A stretch of DNA of 64,000 nucleotides from an uncultured Bacteroidota bacterium (GCA_903910445.1 CAIVZR010000004.1:68340-132339), one strand, 5' to 3'; shown: positions 28,338 through 38,450, numbered from the stretch's first letter. Numbers and translations are program-made. Notes: generated from the letters alone by a model not told the origin.

Positions 28338-29057
28338 ATGAAATTAGATATACTTGCTTTTGCGGCACATCCTGATGATGTAGAACTCTCTTGTAGTGGT
28401 ACCATTATGCAACATATCCGTATGGGGTATAAAGTTGGAATTATTGATCTTACTTCCGGTGAATTAGGAACTCGTGGCTCCGCCGAATTAAGAGATATTG
28501 AGAGCAAAAATGCCTCAGCGGTGATGGGGATTCATGCTAGAGAAAACCTTAGAATGAAAGATGGCTTCTTCAGAAATGATGAAGAACACCAACGAGAACT
28601 CATTAGAGTAATCAGAAAATACCAGCCTGATATTGTTTTATGCAATGCGATATCCGATCGCCATATAGATCATGGCCGTGCAGCGCAATTAGAAGCCGAC
28701 TCCTGCTTCTTGTCGGGATTGGTTAAGATTGAGACCTTAGGCGAGGATGGCGCGCTTCAAGCCGCCTGGAGGCCGAAATCGATTTACCACTATATTCAGG
28801 ATCATTTTATTATTCCTGATATCGCAATTGATATTACAGATGTATGGGAGCAAAAAATAAAAGCGATTGAATGTTTCAGAAGCCAATTTTACGACCCCAA
28901 TTCTAATGCCCCAGTAACACCCATAGCAACTAAGGAGTTTTGGGAGTTTTTGCCAGGTAGAGCAATGGATATGGGTAGAATTATTGGAGCCAAATATGCC
29001 GAAGGTTTTACCGTGAAGCGAGCACCTGGAGTGAAGGACTTGAAATCTTTAATCTAA
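28338..29057 (+). CDS. bshB1: PIG-L/LmbE family N-acetylglucosaminyl deacetylase (bacillithiol biosynthesis BshB1-like)
   Basis: It has the AHPDDVEL zinc-binding motif and the HxDH motif (DRHIDHG), at about 239 aa. Confidence 0.7.
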   Translation: MKLDILAFAAHPDDVELSCSGTIMQHIRMGYKVGIIDLTSGELGTRGSAELRDIESKNASAVMGIHARENLRMKDGFFRNDEEHQRELIRVIRKYQPDIVLCNAISDRHIDHGRAAQLEADSCFLSGLVKIETLGEDGALQAAWRPKSIYHYIQDHFIIPDIAIDITDVWEQKIKAIECFRSQFYDPNSNAPVTPIATKEFWEFLPGRAMDMGRIIGAKYAEGFTVKRAPGVKDLKSLI

Positions 29058-29086
29058 AATCATTTCAATTATTTCCGACTATTCTC

Positions 29087-29524
29087 ATGAATTTCCAGCC
29101 GAAGAATCCTAATTATATTAAAGCCATTGAAGGTGTTTTAGAAAAACAAAACTTCATGCAACATATTGGATTCAATCTCACCAAAATAACTCCTGGTTAT
29201 ATGGAAGGCGAAATACAATTCAAAGATTTTCTGAAACAACAAAGTGGATTTCTACATGGAGGTGTTATCGCTACGCTGGCTGATTTAGTTTCTGGATTTG
29301 CTGCTTATTCATTGGTTGCGGAGAATGAATATGTAGTAACGAGTGACCTTAAAATATCGTACCTTAATCCGGGGGTATGCGAAAAGGTACTTGCAAAAGG
29401 CTGGGTAATAAAAGCAGGTAGCCGCATGCATTTTTGTGAATCGGAAGTGCTGGATGCTGATTCTGGATTAATGATTGCCAAAGCCAGTGCAACCATGGTT
29501 ATTGTGCCCAAAGTTACGCTATGA
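29087..29524 (+). CDS. PaaI-family hotdog-fold thioesterase
   Basis: 145 aa with a HGGV-type motif ([11 protein letters not shown]). Confidence 0.75.
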   Translation: MNFQPKNPNYIKAIEGVLEKQNFMQHIGFNLTKITPGYMEGEIQFKDFLKQQSGFLHGGVIATLADLVSGFAAYSLVAENEYVVTSDLKISYLNPGVCEKVLAKGWVIKAGSRMHFCESEVLDADSGLMIAKASATMVIVPKVTL

Positions 29525-30246
29525 AACCAACTGTAAAATTTGAAGATATTGGATTGATTGATTACCATGAAGCATGGGATTATCAAGAAAAATTAATGAA
29601 GCAAAACACAGATATCAAGCTTCATAATAGAGAACAAAACAACAAAAAAACTACACAAAATCATTTACTCTTTTGCGAACATCCACACGTTTATACCATT
29701 GGGAAAAGTGGTGACGAAAACAATTTATTATTAGATGATGCTGGATTAGAAAATGCGAATGCCATATTTGTTAGAAATAATAGGGGAGGCGATATTACCT
29801 ATCATGGACCGGGGCAAATAGTAGGTTACCCAATTTTCGATTTAGAGTACTTCTATACCGACCTCCACCTTTACTTGCGATCGTTAGAAGAGTCGATTAT
29901 TAATACCCTAAAGCATTATGAAATTGCAGCTGGTCGAATAGATGGATTAACTGGTGTATGGTTAGATTCAGGAGTAAAAGGCAAGGAGCGCAAAATATGT
30001 GCAATCGGAGTACGTTGTAGCAGATGGATAACAATGCATGGTTTTGCATTTAATGTAAATACCGACCTGTCCTATTTTAAAAATATTGTGCCTTGTGGTA
30101 TCGATGATAAGGCTGTTACCAGTTTAGCTCAAGAATTGAATTATAATCCAGACATTAACGAAGTAAAGACAATCTTAAAACAGGAAATGGCCAATCAATT
30201 TGGTTATGAATACATAAATTTAGAGCAAGTTGAAACCCTCCTTTAG
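29521..30246 (+). CDS. lipB: Octanoyltransferase LipB
   Basis: It has [12 protein letters not shown], the catalytic C…K region ([17 protein letters not shown]), and overlaps the thioesterase stop. Confidence 0.85.
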   Translation: MKPTVKFEDIGLIDYHEAWDYQEKLMKQNTDIKLHNREQNNKKTTQNHLLFCEHPHVYTIGKSGDENNLLLDDAGLENANAIFVRNNRGGDITYHGPGQIVGYPIFDLEYFYTDLHLYLRSLEESIINTLKHYEIAAGRIDGLTGVWLDSGVKGKERKICAIGVRCSRWITMHGFAFNVNTDLSYFKNIVPCGIDDKAVTSLAQELNYNPDINEVKTILKQEMANQFGYEYINLEQVETLL

Positions 30247-30868
30247 TCATAATTCTTTGCTCTTGCCATTCTTTGCAATAGCTACGTTTATTGCACTCTA
30301 TATCCTAGCCGCTTATTATTACCCTGGTGGAAACGATGCCAATAAAGCTCAAGTTGGTTTCGATATACTTCAAAATTACTGGTGTGATTTATTAGGCGGG
30401 CAAGCAAAAAATGGAGCACCCAATCCTTCTCGACCAATCGCTATTGTTGCAATGATAATCTTGTTTTCGGGATTGGCAGTTTTTTGGTATCACGTTCCTA
30501 ATTTGTTCAACGAAAACAAAACTTCAAATCGAATTATTCGTTGGTGTGGTGTTATTTCAATGCTAACTGCTACTTTATTATTTACGCCCTACCACGACCC
30601 CGTTATAAATATTGCAGGGTTATTTGGTATTATTTCTTTTGTTGCGACTTTTATTGCCTTGTATAAATTTCGATATCGTGGATTACTTGCACTAGGCATC
30701 TTTGCACTGTTAATGTGTTTTATTAATTATATAATCTATTTCTCTGGCAATTTTATCTCATTGTTACCTGTTTTTCAAAAGGTCGCTTTCATAATTTGTC
30801 TCACTTGGATATCTATTTTTAATTATAAACTCTATTCTTTGCCAAACAAGCAAACACAGTATAATTAG
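30230..30868 (+). CDS. Hypothetical integral membrane protein (about 6 TM helices)
   Basis: 212 aa and hydrophobic. Its start overlaps the lipB stop. No NfeD-like C-terminal beta-barrel region is evident. Confidence 0.5.
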   Translation: MKPSFSHNSLLLPFFAIATFIALYILAAYYYPGGNDANKAQVGFDILQNYWCDLLGGQAKNGAPNPSRPIAIVAMIILFSGLAVFWYHVPNLFNENKTSNRIIRWCGVISMLTATLLFTPYHDPVINIAGLFGIISFVATFIALYKFRYRGLLALGIFALLMCFINYIIYFSGNFISLLPVFQKVAFIICLTWISIFNYKLYSLPNKQTQYN

Positions 30869-31049
30869 GTGTTTTGGCAAGGTGAATTGTTAAATAGTAA
30901 AATAAATTTGGAGGATCATTTAATATTATGCGACCTTTGTACCTTTAAAATCACTTAAACAAATGTAAAATTCATCCCCTCAGGCGTTCTGCCAACTTAT
31001 TGAAAAAACTCATTTTTAATTTAACTTTTAATATTTTATTTAAATCATT

Positions 31050-32951
31050 ATGGACTTATTATCTGTAGTTTCTGATTACTGGATTGTATTGTGCGTGGTA
31101 CTTTGTATTGTATTTTACAAATTCGTATTGCGTGTGTTTTTTGGTATGGTCATCGTACCTGAAGATAGAATTGGATTGGTGACTAAAAAGTTTGTATTGT
31201 TTGGAGCCAATCGAAGTTTGCCTGACGGGAAAATTTTGGCAACCAAGGGAGAAGCGGGATTTCAAGCACGTACCCTTGCACCGGGTTTATATTGGTTTAT
31301 GTGGCCATGGCAATTTGGAGTTCAAATGGTTCCGTTTACAATTATTCCAGAAGGTAAAATTGGGTTGGTATTATCCAAGGATGGCGCAGAAATTCCTACA
31401 GGAAGAATACTAGCAAGAAAAGTTGAAAGTGACAATTTTCAGGATGCAATAAAATTCTTGGAAAATGGAGGCCAAAGAGGACGACAAACAGCCTATATCA
31501 CGGCAGGATCATATCGTTTAAATTCTTTTTTATATGACATCACAATTACCGACCAATCGATCATTCATGAAAACATGTTAGGCATCGTTACTACTATGGA
31601 TGGTGAACCCATTCCATCGGGAAGAATTGCAGGTAAAGAAATTGAAGGACATAATAATTTTCAGGATATTGATGCCTTTTTAATGCAAGGTGGATGCCGT
31701 GGTTTGCAGCCTCAAATGGTTTTAGCAGGAAGTTATTATATCAATCCATGGGCAGTGCAACTCGAAGAAACTCCAATGACCGATGTGCCAATTGGGTATG
31801 TGGGAGTTGTTATTAGCTATATCGGTGATGACGGAAAGGATATGACAGGTGATTCATTTAAACATGGCAATATTGTGAGTAAAGGATTTCGTGGGGTATG
31901 GATGGAGCCTTTAGGCCCGGGTAAATATCCATTGAATAAATACACTATGAAACTTGAATTAGTGCCTACTACTAACTTAGTATTGAACTGGGCGAACGCA
32001 CGAAGTGAGAGTCATGCATTGGATAAAAATTTAAGTACAATTACGGTGAGGAGTAAGGATGGATTCCCATTCAATTTGGACGTAGCTCAAATAATTCATA
32101 TCCCTGCGAATGAAGCACCGAAAGTTATTGCGCGATTTGGCAGCATGAACAATCTCGTCTCGCAAGTATTAGAGCCTACGATTGGAAACTATTTCCGTAA
32201 CTCTGCTCAAGATAGTGACGTCATTAGTTTCTTAAGCACTCGTAAAGAACGTCAGGAAAGTGCCAAATCGCATATTGGAAAGGTACTTGAAGAGTATAAT
32301 GTAAATGCTGTTGATACCTTAATTGGTGATATCGTTCCTCCAGAAGCGTTAATGAAAACATTAACTGATAGAAAGATTGCACAAGAAGAAGAGAAGACCT
32401 ATGAAACTCAACGGATGGCACAAGAGAAACGCCAAGGTATGGAGAAAGAAACTGCGATTGCCGATATGCAAAAAGAAATTGTAAAGGCTCAACAAAGTGT
32501 TGAGATAGCTCAAAGAACTGCAGATGCAACAGTGAAAAAAGCGGAAGGAGATGCGACTAGTTTGAAGTTGAATGTGAATGCAGAAAGTGAAGCCATTAAA
32601 TTAAGAGCTGCTGCCCAGGCCGAATCAACAAAATTGAATGCGATTGCAGAAGCAGAAAGAATTGCAAAAACTGGTAATGCAGAAGCGGAGAAAATTTTAT
32701 CAATTGGTAAGAGCACAGCCGAAGCCTACGAACTTCAGGTAAGAGCCATGGGAGGTGATAATTTCACACGTTATAAAATCACAGAAGAAATTGGACGTGG
32801 TAATATTAAAATTATTCCTGATATCATCATCGGTGGTGGTAATGGAAGTTCTACTGATGGCTCCTTAAGTGGTTTGATGGGATTGAAATTAATGGAGATG
32901 CTAAGCGAAAAGAAGGAAGCAGAGAAAAAGCCTGAGGAGAAGAAAAAGTAA
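31050..32951 (+). CDS. SPFH/band-7 (flotillin-like) protein with a long C-terminal coiled-coil and Glu/Lys-rich tail
   Basis: 633 aa. An N-terminal TM helix is followed by an SPFH domain and then an EA-rich coiled-coil (AEAERIAKTGNAEAEKIL…), as in FloT/YuaG-type flotillins. The N-terminal region carries three copies of a ~45-aa motif IxPExKIGLV…P.GRI.A(K). Confidence 0.8.
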   Translation: MDLLSVVSDYWIVLCVVLCIVFYKFVLRVFFGMVIVPEDRIGLVTKKFVLFGANRSLPDGKILATKGEAGFQARTLAPGLYWFMWPWQFGVQMVPFTIIPEGKIGLVLSKDGAEIPTGRILARKVESDNFQDAIKFLENGGQRGRQTAYITAGSYRLNSFLYDITITDQSIIHENMLGIVTTMDGEPIPSGRIAGKEIEGHNNFQDIDAFLMQGGCRGLQPQMVLAGSYYINPWAVQLEETPMTDVPIGYVGVVISYIGDDGKDMTGDSFKHGNIVSKGFRGVWMEPLGPGKYPLNKYTMKLELVPTTNLVLNWANARSESHALDKNLSTITVRSKDGFPFNLDVAQIIHIPANEAPKVIARFGSMNNLVSQVLEPTIGNYFRNSAQDSDVISFLSTRKERQESAKSHIGKVLEEYNVNAVDTLIGDIVPPEALMKTLTDRKIAQEEEKTYETQRMAQEKRQGMEKETAIADMQKEIVKAQQSVEIAQRTADATVKKAEGDATSLKLNVNAESEAIKLRAAAQAESTKLNAIAEAERIAKTGNAEAEKILSIGKSTAEAYELQVRAMGGDNFTRYKITEEIGRGNIKIIPDIIIGGGNGSSTDGSLSGLMGLKLMEMLSEKKEAEKKPEEKKK

Positions 32952-32974
32952 GCTGAGTTTAATATTGCATAATA

Positions 32975-33006
32975 AAAGGGGCTAATAATTTATTAGCCCC
33001 TTTTTA
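32975..33006 (+). terminator. Rho-independent terminator after the flotillin gene
   Basis: The hairpin GGGGCTAAT-aattt-ATTAGCCCC is followed by TTTTT. Confidence 0.7.
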
Positions 33007-33382
33007 GTTTTTTAAATTCACGACCAGAGATAGGAGGGAGCAATTAATATCTGCGCTCTCGATTTAGAAGCAGGGTTGCCAAAAATAAGTTCTTCGTTAT
33101 GGAATAATACAATTAAAAGGAAGCGCAATTCTTTAAACAGAACTTATAATAAGTCGGTGATTCTGTCTATACCTCCGCAGAATTTTTGAAGTTTTTGAAT
33201 TCAAGAGAATTGAAACTTGGGGTAAAATTGAAAGTAAAATCTATCGAATCATTTGATCATACGATGGTCGTAAGCTATTCAAAACGAAATGGTGAAACAC
33301 TTAGCAATAAGGTTTGTGAGCGATTACTAGTTGAGAATTAAAATTCACGATAATTTATAATCGCAGCACAGATTTTAGTAAT

Positions 33383-33628
33383 TTATTTTTTATGCCAATG
33401 CCCAACTGTGTCTTTACCGTAAGATGCAGTATCGATATATTGTTCTGCATTTCGAACAAATTTTGATGCTCCTTTTGAAACCTTTTGAGTGGTGCTATCT
33501 GCTGATTTGATCGCTTTGGAAACCTTTCCCATATTGTCATTCAGGTGTTGGATTCCACAGCCATTGCAAGCGGAAAAGATAGTGATTAATACAATGAATA
33601 AAACCAGTAACAAGTAAATTGGTTTCAT
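33383..33628 (-). CDS. Small putative lipoprotein (81 aa), Lys-rich
   Basis: It has a signal peptide with a lipobox-like FSAC, then a hydrophilic Lys-rich mature part ending HWHKK. Confidence 0.45.
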   Translation of the reverse strand: MKPIYLLLVLFIVLITIFSACNGCGIQHLNDNMGKVSKAIKSADSTTQKVSKGASKFVRNAEQYIDTASYGKDTVGHWHKK

Positions 33629-33777
33629 AAATGATTGATTTGATTTTAATTCAAATGTAAATTATTTTACATCTCATTAGTTTGAAATTAATTTATCATA
33701 TCAAATGATTTTAAAATCCAACAATTGAATTTAGTCAAGATTTAATTTTAATTTATGTAATTTCGCCACCCTAAAAT

Positions 33778-33853
33778 GACTTCGTAGCTCAGTTGGTAGA
33801 GCAGCTGACTCTTAATCATCGGGTCGTGGGTTCGAATCCCACCGAGGTCACCA
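33778..33853 (+). tRNA. tRNA-Lys (anticodon CTT)
   Basis: A 76-nt cloverleaf is present. Acceptor stem GACTTCG pairs with CGAGGTC, the D-arm is GCTC…GAGC, the anticodon loop is CTCTTAA, the T-arm is GTGGG-TTCGAAT-CCCAC, and CCA is encoded. There is one C-U mismatch in the anticodon stem. Confidence 0.85.
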
Positions 33854-33880
33854 ATTGATTTTAATCTTTTTAAAAATAAA

Positions 33881-33906
33881 AAAAGAGGCCTGGGCCTCTT
33901 TTTTTA
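33881..33906. terminator. Bidirectional rho-independent terminator between tRNA-Lys (+) and the DoxX gene (-)
   Basis: AGAGGCC-tg-GGCCTCT is flanked by an A-run upstream and a T-run downstream. Confidence 0.65.
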
Positions 33907-33925
33907 TTTTCTTAACGGTCACTTA

Positions 33926-34339
33926 TTATTTTGCTGAGATTGGCGCTTTTTTATAGCGGCCCCAAGCAACAAAAAGTGCAATGCCTGAAATGAGGATTGT
34001 AGGCATAATAGCTTTAGATTCGCCAATTGAGATATTTAATGCTGTTGCTATTAACATTACAATTGCTAAGCCTAGGGCCGCAATGGAAGTTAACCAAGGC
34101 ATGATTCTCAATAACGAAGGGAGGATTAAGCCCAATCCGCCCAAAATCTCAGCTAAGCCTGCAATATAAATAACTGCGTCGGAGGCGTGTTTAGCCCATT
34201 CCATGGAGGTTCTTTGAGCCTCTAAGGGAGTAAAGAATTTAGATGCCCCTGCCATTAAAAACATAAAGGCAAGTAAAATTTGTAAAACCCAAAGGCCAAT
34301 ATGTAAAGCTTTAGATGGGGAAGTTGTGTTAGATGACAT
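33926..34339 (-). CDS. DoxX family membrane protein
   Basis: 137 aa with 4 TM helices, typical of DoxX. It is divergent from the HxlR-type regulator. Confidence 0.75.
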   Translation of the reverse strand: MSSNTTSPSKALHIGLWVLQILLAFMFLMAGASKFFTPLEAQRTSMEWAKHASDAVIYIAGLAEILGGLGLILPSLLRIMPWLTSIAALGLAIVMLIATALNISIGESKAIMPTILISGIALFVAWGRYKKAPISAK

Positions 34340-34388
34340 TTTATGAATATTTTAATTTAATTATTGCGCAAACTTAACGATATTTGCT

Positions 34389-34430
34389 TACTAAAAGTTA
34401 GTAGTTTCCCAAAGGTAACCGATTACCTTT
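34389..34430. promoter_or_regulatory. Two inverted repeats in the DoxX/HxlR divergent intergenic region (candidate operator sites)
   Basis: TACTAA-aag-TTAGTA lies at 34389-34403 and AAAGGTAA-ccga-TTACCTTT (8-4-8, perfect) at 34411-34430. Both sit within the 108-bp region carrying both divergent promoters. Confidence 0.35.
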
Positions 34431-34447
34431 AGGAAAGTTAGTATAAT

Positions 34448-34804
34448 ATGGAACATAAATCAAATACTGATTGCTCTGCAGATTTAATTGCGGTGCGCGA
34501 TACATTAGATGTAATCAATGGGAAATGGAAAATTCAAATCATCATCACCATGTCGAAAGGCAACAAACGTTTTGGTGAAATAGAAAGAAGCATTCCTAAA
34601 ATTACATCAAAGGTATTATCTAAAGAACTCAAGGATTTAGAAGCACACCAACTTATCAAGCGTACGGTGTACGATTCAGTGCCAGTATCAGTTGAATATA
34701 CCTTATTGCCTTATTCTATGACCTTAAAGAAAGTAATTGATTCCTTACGTGATTGGGGAATTCAACATCGTAAATTAATCATAGGAGATAAATCGGGAAA
34801 ATAA
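34448..34804 (+). CDS. HxlR-family winged-helix transcriptional regulator
   Basis: 118 aa. The core KWKIQIIITMSKGNKRFGEIERSIP…LSKELKDLEAHQLIKR…EYTL is the HxlR/YodB-type wHTH. Confidence 0.8.
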   Translation: MEHKSNTDCSADLIAVRDTLDVINGKWKIQIIITMSKGNKRFGEIERSIPKITSKVLSKELKDLEAHQLIKRTVYDSVPVSVEYTLLPYSMTLKKVIDSLRDWGIQHRKLIIGDKSGK

Positions 34805-34943
34805 ATAAACCCTTTCTTTTTATCGTATTAGCTATTTCTCGCCAGCAAGCCATGAGCGTATTGCATTCTTTTATTAGCAAAATGGCATCTCACAATTGCT
34901 TGCTGGAAAGATTAACTATATTCAGTAATAGATGTTCGGCAAA

Positions 34944-35597
34944 CTATTTAGTATGGTCATTTTCATTATCGAGATGATAAACGGAATGTAAATCTTTGGT
35001 ACAGGTAAGATTCACATTTAAATCATCGATAATACCATCTTTAATATCGTAAACCCATCCATGTAAGTGCAAGGGTTGTTCTTTTTTCCAGGCATTTTGC
35101 ACGATAGAAGTTTTTCCTAAATCGAGCACTTGTTCTATAACGTTTACTTCTACAAAACGACGTTCTCGAGCATCCATATCAACAATGGCATCAAGCTCCT
35201 TTGAATGGAATCTATATACATCTTTAATATGTCGCAACCAATTATCGATTAATCCATATTGCTTGTTTCCCATTGCGGCTTTTACTCCACCGCATCCATA
35301 ATGGCCACATACAATTACATGTTTTACTTTTAGTACTTCTACTGCATACGAAAGAACACTTAGTAAGTTCATATCGCTATGCACAACCATATTAGCAATA
35401 TTACGATGAACAAACATTTCTCCTGGCTTGGTACCCGTTATTTCGTTGGCAGGAACACGGCTATCTGAACAGCCTATCCATAAGTATTCTGGGCTTTGTC
35501 CCTTGGCTAAATCGGAAAAAAAATCAGGATCAATACTGTTTTGTTCAGCTACCCAGGTTTTATTATTTTCCAATAATTTTAAATATGATTTTAACAT
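34944..35597 (-). CDS. Beta-class carbonic anhydrase
   Basis: The zinc ligand motifs CSDSRV and HYGCGG are present. Confidence 0.85.
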   Translation of the reverse strand: MLKSYLKLLENNKTWVAEQNSIDPDFFSDLAKGQSPEYLWIGCSDSRVPANEITGTKPGEMFVHRNIANMVVHSDMNLLSVLSYAVEVLKVKHVIVCGHYGCGGVKAAMGNKQYGLIDNWLRHIKDVYRFHSKELDAIVDMDARERRFVEVNVIEQVLDLGKTSIVQNAWKKEQPLHLHGWVYDIKDGIIDDLNVNLTCTKDLHSVYHLDNENDHTK

Positions 35598-35608
35598 AAT
35601 AATTTTGA

Positions 35609-37264
35609 TTAATGAGATGAAGTTAAATTAATTTTATTTTGAATTTTATAATTTTTCTTGAACCCATTCAAGGTGCAAGTTATATTTTTAATTGGTGCTT
35701 TTATGTGATGGAATTCATTAATAAGTTCAAGCACATCAAAATCAATATATTTAGTATTTGTGGCGTCGATAGTAATTCTTGAGTTCTCCGGAATTTGATC
35801 GAGTGATTCGCGGATACTCGATTTATTTAGGAAAGAGACTTCTTCTGATAATTGAATTCTAATATTATCAGTCACACTAGGCTCATTTGTGTGGAAGTAG
35901 AAGGAGTTCTTTAAGTTTCCGTGTAGTACTGCTCCAAAGGCTGCGATAAGACCTGAGATAACGCCTATAAGCAATCCTTCTCCTTTGAATGGCTTGTATA
36001 ATCCTAATAAATCAATCCCAATGATTACAATAACAGTTACAAAAAATGGAACATATTGATATTTTCCATTTTTAATCATTTGAGCAAAGACGGAGATCTT
36101 ACAAAGTTTATAACCAGTAATTAATAATATCGCTGCCAATGAAGCCAAAGGAATCATATTCAATAAATGAGGAATACTGATTACACAAAATAAAAGTAGC
36201 AAACCGTGAAATACTGTTGATAGGTTTGATTTTGCTCCAGCTTGTAAATTGGCACTACTCCTCACAATAACACTCGTAATTGGAAGTCCTCCAATTAATC
36301 CGGAAATCATATTCCCAAAACCTTGTGCAATCAATTCTCTGTTGGTTGGTGTTACATTTCTTTCAGGATCCATATTGTCGATTGCTTCAATACTTAATAG
36401 CGTTTCTAAGGATGCAATGATAGCAATCATGAATCCTGTGAATATTACTTTAGCGTTAAGGAAACCGCTAAAATTAGGGAAGGTAAAAAAGCCGAAAAAC
36501 TCCGAAGGACTTTGAGCTGCTTTGATATTCACCAAATGCTCATTTTCCAGCATCAATGGACTTGCATTTGATTTAAAAATTTCATTCAAAATAATTGAAA
36601 CAATTACCGCGACCAAAGCACCTGGAATAAACTTTACTCGTTTCTTTATCATTGGTTTTTCCCATAACAACATTATTGCAATTGAAATAACACAGATTAA
36701 AAGTACTCCGATATCAATATGTTGCAGGGGCCTAAAAAGTTCTATCCAGTCTTCATCACCAAAAGGAAAAAGCTCTGTGATATTTCCCTTGTCATCCTTG
36801 TCATATCCAACGGCATGAGGAATTTGTTTGGCAATGATTAATATTCCGATACTTGTGAGCATTCCTTTAATTACGCTGGATGGAAAATAATTTGCAATAC
36901 TCCCAAGTCGGGCGAGTCCCATAAATACCTGAATTAATCCTGCAATTAGCACTGCACATAAGAATAAATCAAACTCGCCAATATTGGTTATTGCGGCCAA
37001 AACCAGGGCGGCTAATCCTGCTGCCGGGCCACTAACACTAAGTTTGGAACCACTCAAACTACCGATTACAATACCTCCTATTATTCCGGAAATTAATCCG
37101 CTAAAGAAAGGAGCGCCCGAAGCTAAGGAGATTCCAAGGCATAAGGGAAGTGCAACTAAAAACACTACGAGACCTGAAGGCAGGTCATTCTTTAAAAATT
37201 TAAAGGTGAATCCTTTTGGATTTGTCATAACAAAATTTGAAAATAAATTTGAATAATTACGCAA
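35609..37264 (-). CDS. SulP-family anion transporter with C-terminal STAS domain (BicA-like bicarbonate / sulfate permease)
   Basis: 551 aa. A polytopic N-terminal transport domain is followed by a C-terminal STAS region (…[19 protein letters not shown]…). It lies immediately upstream of the carbonic anhydrase on the same strand. Confidence 0.85.
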   Translation of the reverse strand: MRNYSNLFSNFVMTNPKGFTFKFLKNDLPSGLVVFLVALPLCLGISLASGAPFFSGLISGIIGGIVIGSLSGSKLSVSGPAAGLAALVLAAITNIGEFDLFLCAVLIAGLIQVFMGLARLGSIANYFPSSVIKGMLTSIGILIIAKQIPHAVGYDKDDKGNITELFPFGDEDWIELFRPLQHIDIGVLLICVISIAIMLLWEKPMIKKRVKFIPGALVAVIVSIILNEIFKSNASPLMLENEHLVNIKAAQSPSEFFGFFTFPNFSGFLNAKVIFTGFMIAIIASLETLLSIEAIDNMDPERNVTPTNRELIAQGFGNMISGLIGGLPITSVIVRSSANLQAGAKSNLSTVFHGLLLLFCVISIPHLLNMIPLASLAAILLITGYKLCKISVFAQMIKNGKYQYVPFFVTVIVIIGIDLLGLYKPFKGEGLLIGVISGLIAAFGAVLHGNLKNSFYFHTNEPSVTDNIRIQLSEEVSFLNKSSIRESLDQIPENSRITIDATNTKYIDFDVLELINEFHHIKAPIKNITCTLNGFKKNYKIQNKINLTSSH

Positions 37265-37330
37265 TTGAAATTAGTTCAAATCATGAACTTAAATTACCAG
37301 GAGCGAAAAGGAATAATAAAGCAATTGAAC

Positions 37331-37669
37331 TTAGATAGAAAGTTCGGGAGGGGAATAAACTGCTAAGCTGTAATCACAGTTGAGGTAATGGTTGGGGGTG
37401 AAAATATTATTGGTGCATCCATTATGTGTAATGAAAGCAATATCTAAAGGGAGTGAAAGATACTCTTTGAAATTTTTCTTCTCGTCAGTTTCTTTCTTTT
37501 TGGAGTCTAATTCATTGTCGTCGCATTGAACATCATCCACCCAAACTACCAGATTATTATCGATACTCTTTGCCATATATACTATGGTTTCATAGCTATA
37601 CGCGAATGAAACCAATAGAATTAAAATATAGGTAATGGTATTTTTCAAGAAATATAATCTTTGATGCAA
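37331..37669 (-). CDS. Hypothetical protein with N-terminal TM/signal anchor (112 aa)
   Basis: This is the only sizeable ORF in the gap. It has a hydrophobic N-terminus and no recognisable motif. Confidence 0.4.
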   Translation of the reverse strand: MHQRLYFLKNTITYILILLVSFAYSYETIVYMAKSIDNNLVVWVDDVQCDDNELDSKKKETDEKKNFKEYLSLPLDIAFITHNGCTNNIFTPNHYLNCDYSLAVYSPPELSI

Positions 37670-37722
37670 AAATAAGTTAAAAAGTATAAGTATTTATTGG
37701 TCAAATATTAATTTATGTCAAC

Positions 37723-38439
37723 TTATAATAATAAAGCGAGCCCAACACCAATTATAATGGCAACCAATTTAAATCGGCTAAAACTATGGTTCTCACTATT
37801 CTCGAAAAGGATGGTGGTTGAGATATGTAGAAAGGTTCCTACCACAATAGCAAGAATGTACTCTAATATTTTCGGGGTGAAGAAAGCAAAGTTAGAAAGT
37901 AAATTGCTGCTATAAATTCCAACCAACGACATGCATGAATATAATAAAAGGATTAAGAAAGTTGACAAGTTGCTAGTTCTGTTATGACGGAGCAGGGTAA
38001 TTAATGTGAAGGCTGCTGGTGCTTCATGCAATGCCACCCCATAAATTAGATTATTGCGCTGTTCTGGTGTTAGAAAGCCAATATTGCTCATGGGCATTCC
38101 TTCAATAAAACTATGTAAACACAATCCAATTATAATTGTGAGAGGTATTCGGTTTCGGTTGTGAATATGATGTAAATGCCCGTGTTCAATTCCTTTGGTG
38201 AAATATTCAAGAATAATTTGAAAGAAAAAACCTGCTAGTATAAATAAGCCAATTTTGGATGTTAAATTATTTTGATAAAGAGATGGCAGAATGTCGATAA
38301 CAGTAATAGAAAACAGGAAGGCACCACTAAAAGCTAAAAATAGTTTCAGTACATTTTTGTCGGCAGTTCTGATGCTCAATGCAATAACCCCTCCTATAAA
38401 GGGGAGTATAAAAAGCCACAAATAACGAAGATCCATCAT
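37723..38439 (-). CDS. ZIP-family divalent metal (zinc) transporter, ZupT-like
   Basis: It has His-rich loops (HGHLHHIHN) and the conserved HSF.EG and HE.P.. motifs in TM helices (LHSFIEGM, ALHEAPAAF). Confidence 0.75.
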   Translation of the reverse strand: MMDLRYLWLFILPFIGGVIALSIRTADKNVLKLFLAFSGAFLFSITVIDILPSLYQNNLTSKIGLFILAGFFFQIILEYFTKGIEHGHLHHIHNRNRIPLTIIIGLCLHSFIEGMPMSNIGFLTPEQRNNLIYGVALHEAPAAFTLITLLRHNRTSNLSTFLILLLYSCMSLVGIYSSNLLSNFAFFTPKILEYILAIVVGTFLHISTTILFENSENHSFSRFKLVAIIIGVGLALLL

Positions 38440-38450
38440 TGATTATGAGA

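Noticed and set aside
30869-31049. 181-bp gap upstream of the flotillin gene as a potential mobile-element scar
   Set aside because: The sequence is AT-rich promoter-like DNA with no inverted terminal repeats or ORF fragments.
33778-34340. A genomic island integrated at the 3' end of tRNA-Lys
   Set aside because: Downstream of the tRNA are only a terminator and ordinary metabolic/regulatory genes (DoxX, HxlR, carbonic anhydrase, SulP). No integrase, direct repeat of the tRNA 3' end, or phage/conjugative genes are visible.
36249-37256. Plus-strand ORFs (88-98 aa) inside the SulP transporter gene
   Set aside because: These are antisense to a 551-aa membrane transporter with clear family features. 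Their Gly/Pro/Ile-rich translations are typical of the antisense of hydrophobic genes.
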